64,000 nucleotides of DNA from Truepera sp. GTDB taxonomy: Bacteria; Deinococcota; Deinococci; Deinococcales; Trueperaceae. The stretch lies in contig CBDCKW010000009.1 of the NCBI GenBank assembly GCA_965218435.1, forward strand, positions 2,848,001-2,912,000. The letters run 5' to 3'. This document shows positions 8,744 to 17,291 of this stretch, one piece after another. Below the pieces are notes generated by a model. The model made no database searches. It saw nothing but the letters and a program-made list of their open reading frames with translations, and was not told the DNA's origin. A program made the translations under genes and the position numbers. Within the stretch, counting starts at the first letter, position 1. The number at the start of each line of letters is the position of its first letter.

Positions 8744-10297
8744 ATGGAACTATTTGAACCCTATCAGGTCGAGCCGTATTCGGATTTTTCGCAGAAAAGC
8801 GTACAAGACGCCTACAAAGAGGCGTTAGAACAAGTTCGTGGCCAACTCGGGCAAGCTTATCCGCTCGTTATCGGCGGCGAAGGGGTCACGACGACGCACG
8901 GGTGGCTCGAGTCCGTTAATCCGTGCAACACCGAGCAAGTTGTCGGGCGCAGCGCCAAAGCGGGGCGCAAAGAGGTCGAACGGGCGATGAACGCGGCGTG
9001 GACCGCGTATGAAAGTTGGTCGCAGTTGCCGATGAGCACCCGTGCGCGGACACTCGTCAAGCTCGCAGCAGTGCTGCGCCGCCGCAAATTTGAACTCTCG
9101 GCGTGGGAAACGTTTGAGGCGAGTAAAAGTTATCTCGAGGCCGAGGCTGACGTAGCCGAAGCGATTGACTTTTGCGAATACTACGCGCGGCAGGCGTTAA
9201 AACTAGACGGGCCGCTCGAGACCTACGATTACCCCGGCGAAGAAAACACTTCGTTTTTAGTCCCGATTGGCGTCGGTGTGGTGATTCCGCCGTGGAACTT
9301 TTTGCTGGCCATTTTAGTTGGCACGGCGGTCGGGCCGGTCGTCGTCGGCAACACGGTGATCGTCAAGCCCTCACCCGATACCCCGATTATCGCGCAGAAG
9401 TTTATGGAATGCGTTGCCGAAGCGGGGTTTCCGCCGGGTGTGATTAACCTCGTCACCGGGGCAGACGCCGACATCGGTGACCTGCTCGTAGACCATCCAC
9501 GCACCCGGTTTATCAACTTTACGGGGTCGCTCGAGACGGGTTTACGGATTCATGAACGCGCGGCCAAGCTCCAACCGGGGCAGAAGTGGCTAAAAAAGGT
9601 CTATACCGAACTCGGCGGCAAAGACGCGCTCATCGTTGACGAAACCGCCGATCTGGACTACGCCGCCGCCGCTGCCGTTGCCAGCGCGTTCGGGTTTCAG
9701 GGGCAGAAGTGCTCGGCGCTCAGCCGTCTGATCGTCGTGGACGAGGTCTACGACGCGCTCTTAGAGAAAGTCGTCGAGCGTACCCGGCAGCTCTCGTTCG
9801 GCCCCGCTGAAATTAACAGCGATGTGGGCGCGGTTATCAACCAAAAAGCCGTAGACAAGATCATGGGCTATATCGAAAACGGTAAGACCGAAGCGAAGCT
9901 CGTATTGGGCGGCAACCGGGGCGATGAGGCGGGCTTCTTTATCGAGCCGACCATCTTTGCTGAAGTGCCGCAGAGCGCGTCTATCGCCTGTGAAGAGATT
10001 TTTGGGCCGGTCTTGTCGGTGATGCGGGCGAGGGACTTCGACCACGCTTTAGAGCTAGCCAATTCAACCGTTTACGGGCTGACGGGCGGTGTGATCAGTC
10101 AAGACCGCACCCGCTTAGAACAGGCGCGGCGCGAGTTTCACGTCGGCAACTTGTACTTAAACCGCAAGATTACCGGGGCGCTCGTCGGCGTGCAACCGTT
10201 CGGCGGCTTTAACCTGTCGGGTTCAAACGCCAAAGCCGGGGGGCCGGACTATCTGCGGCTGTTTATGGAGATGAAAACGGTCGCTGAGCGGTATTAA
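8744..10297 (+). CDS. pruA: L-glutamate gamma-semialdehyde (P5C) dehydrogenase
   Basis: ALDH motifs PPWNF, FTGS, ELGGK, GQKCSA, EEIFGP, KAGGPDYL. AAGGAG RBS before ATG 8744. Adjacent to proline dehydrogenase. Confidence 0.92.
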   Translation: MELFEPYQVEPYSDFSQKSVQDAYKEALEQVRGQLGQAYPLVIGGEGVTTTHGWLESVNPCNTEQVVGRSAKAGRKEVERAMNAAWTAYESWSQLPMSTRARTLVKLAAVLRRRKFELSAWETFEASKSYLEAEADVAEAIDFCEYYARQALKLDGPLETYDYPGEENTSFLVPIGVGVVIPPWNFLLAILVGTAVGPVVVGNTVIVKPSPDTPIIAQKFMECVAEAGFPPGVINLVTGADADIGDLLVDHPRTRFINFTGSLETGLRIHERAAKLQPGQKWLKKVYTELGGKDALIVDETADLDYAAAAAVASAFGFQGQKCSALSRLIVVDEVYDALLEKVVERTRQLSFGPAEINSDVGAVINQKAVDKIMGYIENGKTEAKLVLGGNRGDEAGFFIEPTIFAEVPQSASIACEEIFGPVLSVMRARDFDHALELANSTVYGLTGGVISQDRTRLEQARREFHVGNLYLNRKITGALVGVQPFGGFNLSGSNAKAGGPDYLRLFMEMKTVAERY

Positions 10298-10310
10298 GGA
10301 TAAGTTTACG

Positions 10311-10337
10311 AGAGCGGCTTTCGCTACCGCTCTTTTT
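10311..10337 (+). terminator. Rho-independent terminator after pruA
   Basis: AGAGCGG...CCGCTCT followed by a T run. Confidence 0.7.
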
Positions 10338-10347
10338 ATGAGGCGAT

Positions 10348-11187
10348 ATGGACGTAGCAGCGCAGTACGCTCTAGCTGAAGAACTTGCAGAACGCTTGGG
10401 TTGGATTCCCGGCGTTCGGGCGGTCACGTTGGGCGGGTCGTTGGCTAGAGGCCGAGGGCAACCGGGAAGCGATATTGATTTGGGCGTTTACTACCACGCG
10501 GCTACGCCCCCCGATATTTGGGCGTTTAAGGCGCTAGCTAGGGCCGTTGACGATAGCGGTTCAGACGAAACCGTAACGGGTCACGGCGGTTGGGGAACGT
10601 GGGTCAACGGCGGCGCATGGCTGAGTGTCGGCGGTCAGCGCGTTGACTTCATCTACCGCGATTTGGACAGAGTTACGAAAGTGTAGGCACAGTGCCGTGC
10701 GGGTGGGCCGGAAAGACACCTTCACGGCGGTCATCCCCACGGGTTTCACAGCCCTATCTATCTGGGCGAGGTCTATTACGCCCGGATTCTTTACGACCCG
10801 GCAGGAGAGCTACGCGCTTTGCAAGAGCAACTTGCCGTCTATCCTTCTAAGCTCAAAAAGGCGCTGATTCCCACGTTTTTACACGAAGCTGAGTTCGCCC
10901 TAGCAATCAGCGAAAAGTCTGTTCAACGTGCCGAGAGTTCCTACGTTGCCGGGTGCTTTTTCGAATGCGTATACAGCCTCGTGCAGGTACTTTTTACGCT
11001 GAACGAACACTATTTTGTCAACGAAAAAGGCGCGGTCGCCGAAACGCGCACCTTTGAGAAAAGTTTAGAAGGTTTTGCCGACGAAGTGACGGATATTTTA
11101 GGTTGTGTGGGCCGGACGGCAGAGGAACTAGAGCGCAACCATAAGCGTTTAGGCAGTCTCGTCAGAGAGGTTAAGCTACTCACATAG
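10348..11187 (+). pseudogene. Nucleotidyltransferase (GS-x-DxD, DUF4037-like C-terminus) interrupted by one in-frame TAG at 10684-10686
   Basis: LGGSLARGRGQPGSDIDL. After the TAG the same frame continues AQCRAGGPERHLHGGHPHGFHSPIYLGEV...DPAGELRALQ into ORF 10819..11187. Confidence 0.8.
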
Positions 11188-11284
11188 TACGTCGTGTCAA
11201 GCCGAACCTCGAGCCGCAAGTCTAGTAAAGAAAGGTTCCAGAAGAAAACCTCTGGAACCTACGAAACTAGTTTCAAATCTTGAC

Positions 11285-13585
11285 TTAGCGTTCAACCGTT
11301 CGGAGCGGCCTTTCGGGAACCCGTTCCGCAGACGTTTTAGTTGGTGTGTGGCGTTTACGCGCTTTGAGCCGTTCAGCCAAAAAGTAGCTCCCAGTGACAA
11401 AAGTTCCGGCAACTGCTTGCAAGGCGAGCCCTTCCCAGGTGGCGTAAAGGCCAAACCAGAGCCCAGCCCAGTAAGGGAACTCTAAAAACCGTAGCGGATG
11501 CGTCGGCAACCATCCGACAACTTGCAGTGCGTGCGCGGTATTGCCGACCATGACGAGTAGCACCGCGCCCAGCATTACTGCCGTGACGACGAGCATCTTC
11601 TTGTACGGCAGCTTGGTCTGCACCTGAAAGACGATCAAGCCGACGGCAAACGTCGCCGCGAGACCGAGGGCAACGCCTGCAAAAACGCTGAGGCTGCCCG
11701 CCTCTAAGACCAACGCCTGCAAAAACAAGGCCGTTTCAAAGCCTTCACGGTAAACGCTCGTAAATCCCAAGAGCGCCAACCCGACGAACTGCCCGACCCC
11801 TGCCCCGATAATCCGGGCTTTCTTTTTGTGAAAACCGGCCATCCAGTCCGTCCAATAGGTATCGTGAAAAAACCAGTTGGTAATGAGCAGCAAAACGCCG
11901 ATAGCGACGACCGAAACGACGGCCTCGAGCTTCTCCCCAAACTGCGCAAACGCTAACAGAGCGCCGCGCATAATCAGAAACGTCACGGCGCTCGCCAGCA
12001 GCGCACTCCACACCCCGACCCAAAGAGGTTTACGAAAGCGTTTCATCGAGGCCATCTTGAGACTACCGAGCAGCGACGCCAAGATGAGAACGGCCTCGAG
12101 CCCTTCCCGAAAGACGATAATTGCAGCGTTCGTCGCGACCGACCCCGGCGCTTTCGAGCCGCTGATGGCGGTTTTCGCCTCAGCAAGTCGAGCTGAAAGC
12201 GCCGCGCGGGTTGCCTTGACCTCAGCCAGCGGTGCGTGACGGCTCAGCAAGTAGGCGAGTCCTTTGGGGCTGTCGCCGTACCAGAAGAGATTTTCGATCT
12301 CCGGCACAAAGCGTGGGGCAAACGCGGTCAATTTCGCTTCGGGGCCGCTTTCTAAAATCGCGTACGCTTCAATGCGGGAGCTTTCAGCTTGAGCATACGC
12401 ACCCGTGGCGACGGCAGCCTCGAGCTGTGACAAGGCTTCTTCGATCACGTCAAAATCGGCGGAGCTGTTTTGCTGGAGCCACGCTGCAGGCATCGTGCTT
12501 TTGAGCGTGTCGGTCAGAGTTTGAACGTTGCCCTTCACAACATCCGGCGCGGCGACGGCGGTGTGTTTACTGGCGTCGTCTAAGGTTTGGGTCAGTCCGG
12601 CAAAAAGCTCGGCGGCGCGTCCGGTGGCGGCAGCGTCTCGAGTGCTCAGTTCACCTTGGAGATCGGCAAAGGCAGCGGTGGCAGCCTCTTGAAAGCTGAT
12701 CGCTTCACGAATCTCGAGATCAACAGCCACATCTCCCCCGCGTATGCCGCGACCATACTCGAGCGGCACGAGCGACAAAAAGCGGAACAATTGACCGGCG
12801 CGGCGGGCCTGTTCATCGGCGCTGAGAGGCGCGGCGCGAAACCCGGCTAAGGCGGTCTGAACGGGCGCAACTTCACCTTTCGCTAACCCGGCAAAAACAG
12901 TTTGAGCTTTTCGTAACGCCTCAGTACCACGCTGGGCCTCAAAACTCGAGGCCAAAATCGCAAAGTAACCTCTGGCTAAAGCTGCAGCCTCGGCGGTGCG
13001 TACTGAAAAGTCTTGCGCGTGCGCCGCACTGACGTCGGCCAGGGTTTCCTGAAGCCGCGCCCCGTAGGTGTCGAGCAGGTCGGCACGTACCGCTTCTAAG
13101 GCTTTTTCTTGGGACAGCTCGCCAGCCTGCCACTGCCTTAGTGCCAAGGTTGCGTCGGCGTCGGGACGAGAAAACCGAGTCGCCTGCCGAAACTCACGTA
13201 AAACGAGCCATGACGCGGCGGCTTCGGGGTTGTCTTGCCGGATGGCTTTAGTGGTTTGCCTAAACCCGGCATCTAACAGTGCCGTCCAGAGTTGAGCTTT
13301 GGCGGCAGCAAAGGCAGCTTCATCACCCTGATTTACGGCCTGTTCTGCACGCGCTAAGGCATTTTTGGCGCGGGTGTCGAGGGTAGGCTCGAGCCCAGCC
13401 AAGCCCAACTTCGCATAAGCCGCCTTTGCTTTTTGTAGCGGCGCACGGGCAGAGTTAGGTGCAAGCATCAACCCCAACTGCGCGTCAACAAGATTGCTCC
13501 GCACGGTTTCGGCAAGCGTTGCAGGAGACGCAGCTAAAGTATTTGAGATCAACATAAGCGCGAAAAGTATAGTCAGGCGTTTCAT
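11285..13585 (-). CDS. FTR1-family iron permease with a large N-terminal extracytoplasmic region
   Basis: Signal peptide, then a C-terminal multi-TM domain with REGLE and REGFE iron motifs. Confidence 0.9.
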   Translation of the reverse strand: MKRLTILFALMLISNTLAASPATLAETVRSNLVDAQLGLMLAPNSARAPLQKAKAAYAKLGLAGLEPTLDTRAKNALARAEQAVNQGDEAAFAAAKAQLWTALLDAGFRQTTKAIRQDNPEAAASWLVLREFRQATRFSRPDADATLALRQWQAGELSQEKALEAVRADLLDTYGARLQETLADVSAAHAQDFSVRTAEAAALARGYFAILASSFEAQRGTEALRKAQTVFAGLAKGEVAPVQTALAGFRAAPLSADEQARRAGQLFRFLSLVPLEYGRGIRGGDVAVDLEIREAISFQEAATAAFADLQGELSTRDAAATGRAAELFAGLTQTLDDASKHTAVAAPDVVKGNVQTLTDTLKSTMPAAWLQQNSSADFDVIEEALSQLEAAVATGAYAQAESSRIEAYAILESGPEAKLTAFAPRFVPEIENLFWYGDSPKGLAYLLSRHAPLAEVKATRAALSARLAEAKTAISGSKAPGSVATNAAIIVFREGLEAVLILASLLGSLKMASMKRFRKPLWVGVWSALLASAVTFLIMRGALLAFAQFGEKLEAVVSVVAIGVLLLITNWFFHDTYWTDWMAGFHKKKARIIGAGVGQFVGLALLGFTSVYREGFETALFLQALVLEAGSLSVFAGVALGLAATFAVGLIVFQVQTKLPYKKMLVVTAVMLGAVLLVMVGNTAHALQVVGWLPTHPLRFLEFPYWAGLWFGLYATWEGLALQAVAGTFVTGSYFLAERLKARKRHTPTKTSAERVPERPLRTVER

Positions 13586-14631
13586 CAGTCGGCCACCGTG
13601 ACGCCTAAAGCGCCCGCGACCTGCACCACTTGCCCGGTAATCGCCGTCGCCCGGTCTTGCGCTTCAGCGCCCAAAACGTCGGCCTGTTCGGGTGAAAACC
13701 GCTTACCGGCACGCTCGGCGGCGTAGATGTCGGCGACGTAAGCTTTAAGCTCCAACAGGCGCGTCTCGAGCTGTTCGCCCTGCGCAGGGTCTACGGTGGC
13801 AATCTGCGGCGCGACACCCTCTAAAACGACCTCGAGCCCCGACAAGATGTCCTGAATATCGGCCAAGCGGGAGATCGCAACAAAATCGCGCTGCTCGGAG
13901 GCTGCCCCGACGACAAAGCGCGAGTCGCGCCACGAGGCGAAGTATTCGCTCATCGTCGGGACCATCACGACGAGCGCAGTAAAGGCGTCTTGTTCGGTCG
14001 GATTCCAAGCCGTACCCGCAGCTTTGAGGTCGGCAGCTTTTTGCGCGAGCAGCGCCGACGCGCCTCTTAAGACGTTGGCGTTTGGGAGAACTTCGCCGAA
14101 CTCGAGTTGTCCGTTCCTATTGAGGTCAGCTTGGACACCGCTCGAGTACGCCGCGAACGTTCCCCAGAGTGTACTTTCCGTAACGCCGAAGAGGTTACCG
14201 GGTTTCTCCAGCACCTGCCCGTCAGGAAGCGTAAGGTCAAATGAAACGGCATTTTGCGGGTCTTCAGCGGCGCTCGAGCCTGCGTCCAAATCCACATCGA
14301 ATTGCGCCAAGCTCGGTGTTCCGGCGACGATTCCTTCGACCTGCTCGTAGAGCGGGCTCGCCGTCGTCCAAACGTCACGGGCACTTTTTATCAGTGCAGC
14401 AACTTCATCCTCACGCTTTTGCCAGAGCGCCGCGTAATCAAACGCTTCACCCTCAGCCAGCGCGTAATAACGCTCGCTCAGCCGCTCTAACTCAGCGGTT
14501 TGCTCAGCGAGCGTCCCGGTTTTTGCGAGCAGATAGGTTTGAATCGCGCCGAGGTCGGTTTGGGCGGACGCTACACCTACGAAAGTTAGTAGGCAACTCA
14601 ACCCAAAACACCCAGCCAGTTTGTTGAACAC
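13585..14631 (-). CDS. EfeO/imelysin-like secreted iron-uptake protein
   Basis: GTG 14631 with AGGAGG RBS, signal peptide, YEQVEGIVAG motif. Its stop codon overlaps the FTR1 start. Confidence 0.75.
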   Translation of the reverse strand: MFNKLAGCFGLSCLLTFVGVASAQTDLGAIQTYLLAKTGTLAEQTAELERLSERYYALAEGEAFDYAALWQKREDEVAALIKSARDVWTTASPLYEQVEGIVAGTPSLAQFDVDLDAGSSAAEDPQNAVSFDLTLPDGQVLEKPGNLFGVTESTLWGTFAAYSSGVQADLNRNGQLEFGEVLPNANVLRGASALLAQKAADLKAAGTAWNPTEQDAFTALVVMVPTMSEYFASWRDSRFVVGAASEQRDFVAISRLADIQDILSGLEVVLEGVAPQIATVDPAQGEQLETRLLELKAYVADIYAAERAGKRFSPEQADVLGAEAQDRATAITGQVVQVAGALGVTVAD

Positions 14632-14664
14632 GCATGAACCTCCTGTATGACCTGCAATTCTTTT

Positions 14665-14748
14665 AATCCCTAGCAGCAAGGTCGGATTTAGAGGCAGTCT
14701 AGCGTCCCTCGAGTATCGTGTCAATACCCGAGTGAGTTACTCGGAATA
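14665..14748 (-). promoter_or_regulatory. Promoter TTGACA-N17-TAGACT of the iron-uptake operon with two 25-bp dyad operators
   Basis: -35 at 14724-14719, -10 at 14701-14696. Dyads ATACCCGAGT-GAGTT-ACTCGGAATA (14724-14748) and AATCC...GGATTT (14665-14689). Confidence 0.65.
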
Positions 14749-14883
14749 GTTCCTAAGTTGGCTCCAGAACGTTCTTTTGCAAAAAAGGCTCGAGCTCGAG
14801 CCGCAATATTGATGAGACAGCTGTGATAGAGCAAGTCACAACGACTGCGGCGTTGCAACACTAAAACCTGTTACCTTGACCTT

Positions 14884-15678
14884 ATGAAGCCAACCTCGCT
14901 GGGCTACCGGACCGACCTCATTTTCCACCGTTTCGAAGGCGACGTGCTTGACCGAGGTCACTACCTCGTGATTCGCACACCGAGTAATCCAGGCTATCAT
15001 TGGGGTAACTTTTTAATTTTTGGCGCACCACCGAAGCCGGGAGATTTCGCGCGATGGAACGAACTTTTTACGCGTGAAGTCGGCACCCCGCCGCTGATTA
15101 ACCACAAGGTTTTCGCTTGGGACACCGTAGACGGTCGTCACGGTGACGTATCTGACTTTCTCGCCGCAGGTTTTGAGCTGGGCGAAGAGGTCGTGATGGC
15201 GACCGGCACGCTGACACCGCCGCGCCGCTACAACCACAAGGTTGAGCTTCGGACCCTCGAGACTGACGCCGACTTTGCCGCACACGTTGACTTGCACGTC
15301 CTCGGCCGCAACGAAAAATATGATGAGGTGAGCTACCGGCCTTTCTATGAGGCGAGCACGAAAAGCTACCGAAAGATGATCGCGGCGGGTCTCGGACGCT
15401 GGTTCGGGGCTTTTTTAGACGGAAAACTCGTGGCCGATATGGGCATCTTTGCCGCAGGCGACCTAGCCCGGTATCAGTCGGTGGTAACGCACCCGGACTT
15501 TCGGCGGCGCGGCATCTGTAGCACGCTGCTCTACGAAACCGGACGTTTTGCGCTCGAGACACTCGGCGCAAAGACGCTCGTGATTGTTGCCGATGACCAC
15601 TACTTTGCCAAACACATCTACGGCTCGGTAGGTTTTACGGTGCAGGAAAAACAGGGATCGCTCGAGTGGCACTCTTAG
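14884..15678 (+). CDS. GNAT N-acetyltransferase
   Basis: VVTHPDFRRRGI acetyl-CoA motif. Leaderless TACCTT-N6-ATG. Confidence 0.85.
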   Translation: MKPTSLGYRTDLIFHRFEGDVLDRGHYLVIRTPSNPGYHWGNFLIFGAPPKPGDFARWNELFTREVGTPPLINHKVFAWDTVDGRHGDVSDFLAAGFELGEEVVMATGTLTPPRRYNHKVELRTLETDADFAAHVDLHVLGRNEKYDEVSYRPFYEASTKSYRKMIAAGLGRWFGAFLDGKLVADMGIFAAGDLARYQSVVTHPDFRRRGICSTLLYETGRFALETLGAKTLVIVADDHYFAKHIYGSVGFTVQEKQGSLEWHS

Positions 15679-15993
15679 ACCAGTACCCATAAACCAATAT
15701 CAGCTGTTGGCTCTGTCGGCGTGCTGGCAAGCATAAGGTGCTCGTCGTCGCAGCCAAACTGCGTTGGCTCATTTGAAACTATTGGGAAGGGTTACGGCCT
15801 TTAAGCTTACATTTAAGCTTCGAGAAACGCGGCTGCAAGCTCGAGCTGATTAAGAAAGGTCACTAAAAATGTCATGCAAAAGGCTCGGACAACTTAGACT
15901 CAGACATTCCAGTCTCTAAGCAGGCGGTCTTAACAGCAAACTTAACGGCAAACAAAAGCTGCAAGGTTTGGCTAGGGTTTGACTGAGGTAGCT

Positions 15994-16995
15994 TCAAACA
16001 CGCCAGTGATCCATCAGCGCGACGACAACGGCGTGAGGGACGGTCAGGGCGCTGATCAAAATGAGGTAAAGAGCGACAAACCCCTCGAGCGTCGTCACCC
16101 GCGCGGCGTTCGCCAGGTACACTCCGGCGAGTAAAGCCAGCGCCAGCAGGGTCAGCGGGAGCAGATCAACAGAGAGGCGGCGAACGGCGGCCATCAGGGT
16201 CGGCGGGCGACCTTCACCGCCCTGTTCGCTGAGCAGCAGCAACCGCCCAAGATGCCTGAGCGAATGCCAGAAGGCAAAATAGACACCGACGGCAACGTAA
16301 GCCGGTACGAGCGTAAAAAGCGCCGTAAGCAAAAAGATTTCGGTAAGGTCTACGGCGAGTACGGCACTGCTAGGGGCGGCGCGAACGGCGTTTATCAGGT
16401 AGAGGGCAAAAACCAGCACCACAAAGGTGAGCAGAAGCCCCACAAACCACGGCGACTTTAGGTTGACGGTGTTCACGCTCAGCCCGAGGCCCAGCGCGGC
16501 GTGGTGGTAGAGGCTGGCAGCGGTTTCGGGAAAAGCCAAAAGCGGCAGCGCGATAGGTAACAGCCCCCGTAAAACGAGCGTCGTCAGGGCTCCCCAACGC
16601 GTGGGCCGACGGCGACCCAGTGAAAGCTCGAGAAACCGCCTATCGCCTTGCCCCCAGTGCAGGACGGTGAGGAGCAAAAAACCGACAAACGCGACTTGCG
16701 GCGCGAGCAGCCAGAGGCCGAAATAGAGTGCAGCCAAGCTCAGGTAACCCACGAGGTAAAATGCAAACAGCCACGGCCTGCGTGCCCATAAAAATCCTGA
16801 ACGAACCGGGACGAGGTGGTCGAGCGCCCCGTGCGGCAGGGCAAAAAAGACGGTACCGAGGAGCAAAGGGTAAAGTGCATGGGCGCTGACAAAGTTGGGC
16901 GCAACGGCGTAGAGCCCGAGGGTAGCAAACGCCGCGAACCACGGGATACCTACTAACCAGAGCTCGAGCTGTACGTCAGTTAATCTTTGTGTCAT
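15994..16995 (-). CDS. blh: Brp/Blh-family beta-carotene 15,15'-dioxygenase (retinal synthesis)
   Basis: Multi-TM protein with conserved His motifs PHGALDH, LHWG, WHSLRH, LTVPH. Confidence 0.88.
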   Translation of the reverse strand: MTQRLTDVQLELWLVGIPWFAAFATLGLYAVAPNFVSAHALYPLLLGTVFFALPHGALDHLVPVRSGFLWARRPWLFAFYLVGYLSLAALYFGLWLLAPQVAFVGFLLLTVLHWGQGDRRFLELSLGRRRPTRWGALTTLVLRGLLPIALPLLAFPETAASLYHHAALGLGLSVNTVNLKSPWFVGLLLTFVVLVFALYLINAVRAAPSSAVLAVDLTEIFLLTALFTLVPAYVAVGVYFAFWHSLRHLGRLLLLSEQGGEGRPPTLMAAVRRLSVDLLPLTLLALALLAGVYLANAARVTTLEGFVALYLILISALTVPHAVVVALMDHWRV

Positions 16996-17028
16996 CTAAT
17001 CTTTGTGTCATCTAATCTTTGTGTCATC
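16981..17028. repeat. 16-bp tandem repeat x3 (TAATCTTTGTGTCATC) covering the blh start codon
   Basis: Three exact copies. Minus-strand ATGs at 17027, 17011 and 16995. Confidence 0.95.
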
Positions 17029-17291
17029 GGCAAGGTGCGCGTCACCAGCTGTCTCCCGACAGCAGCCCGTTTGAAGGCTGCACTCGGCCAGTCATAACTC
17101 AGTTAGTCATAAAGGGTCTTAGGGTTGCGAAACTGGCTTCAGCACACGTTCGTAACAGAAGAGCTTTCAGAGACGCGTAAGAACCGTGACGCAGCACTAG
17201 GTAGCCCCGCCTTTACGTCTCCATAATCAGAGGAACGCCGCAGTGCGACGCCGAGCTTAGTGGCTCATACCTAACGACCATGGGGGGAACG

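Noticed and set aside
10684..10686. Pyrrolysine or recoded TAG
   Set aside because: No pyl genes are visible and many genes in the window end in TAG normally.
16981..17028. CRISPR array
   Set aside because: Contiguous 16-bp units with no spacers. No repeat-spacer array or cas gene was seen anywhere in the window.
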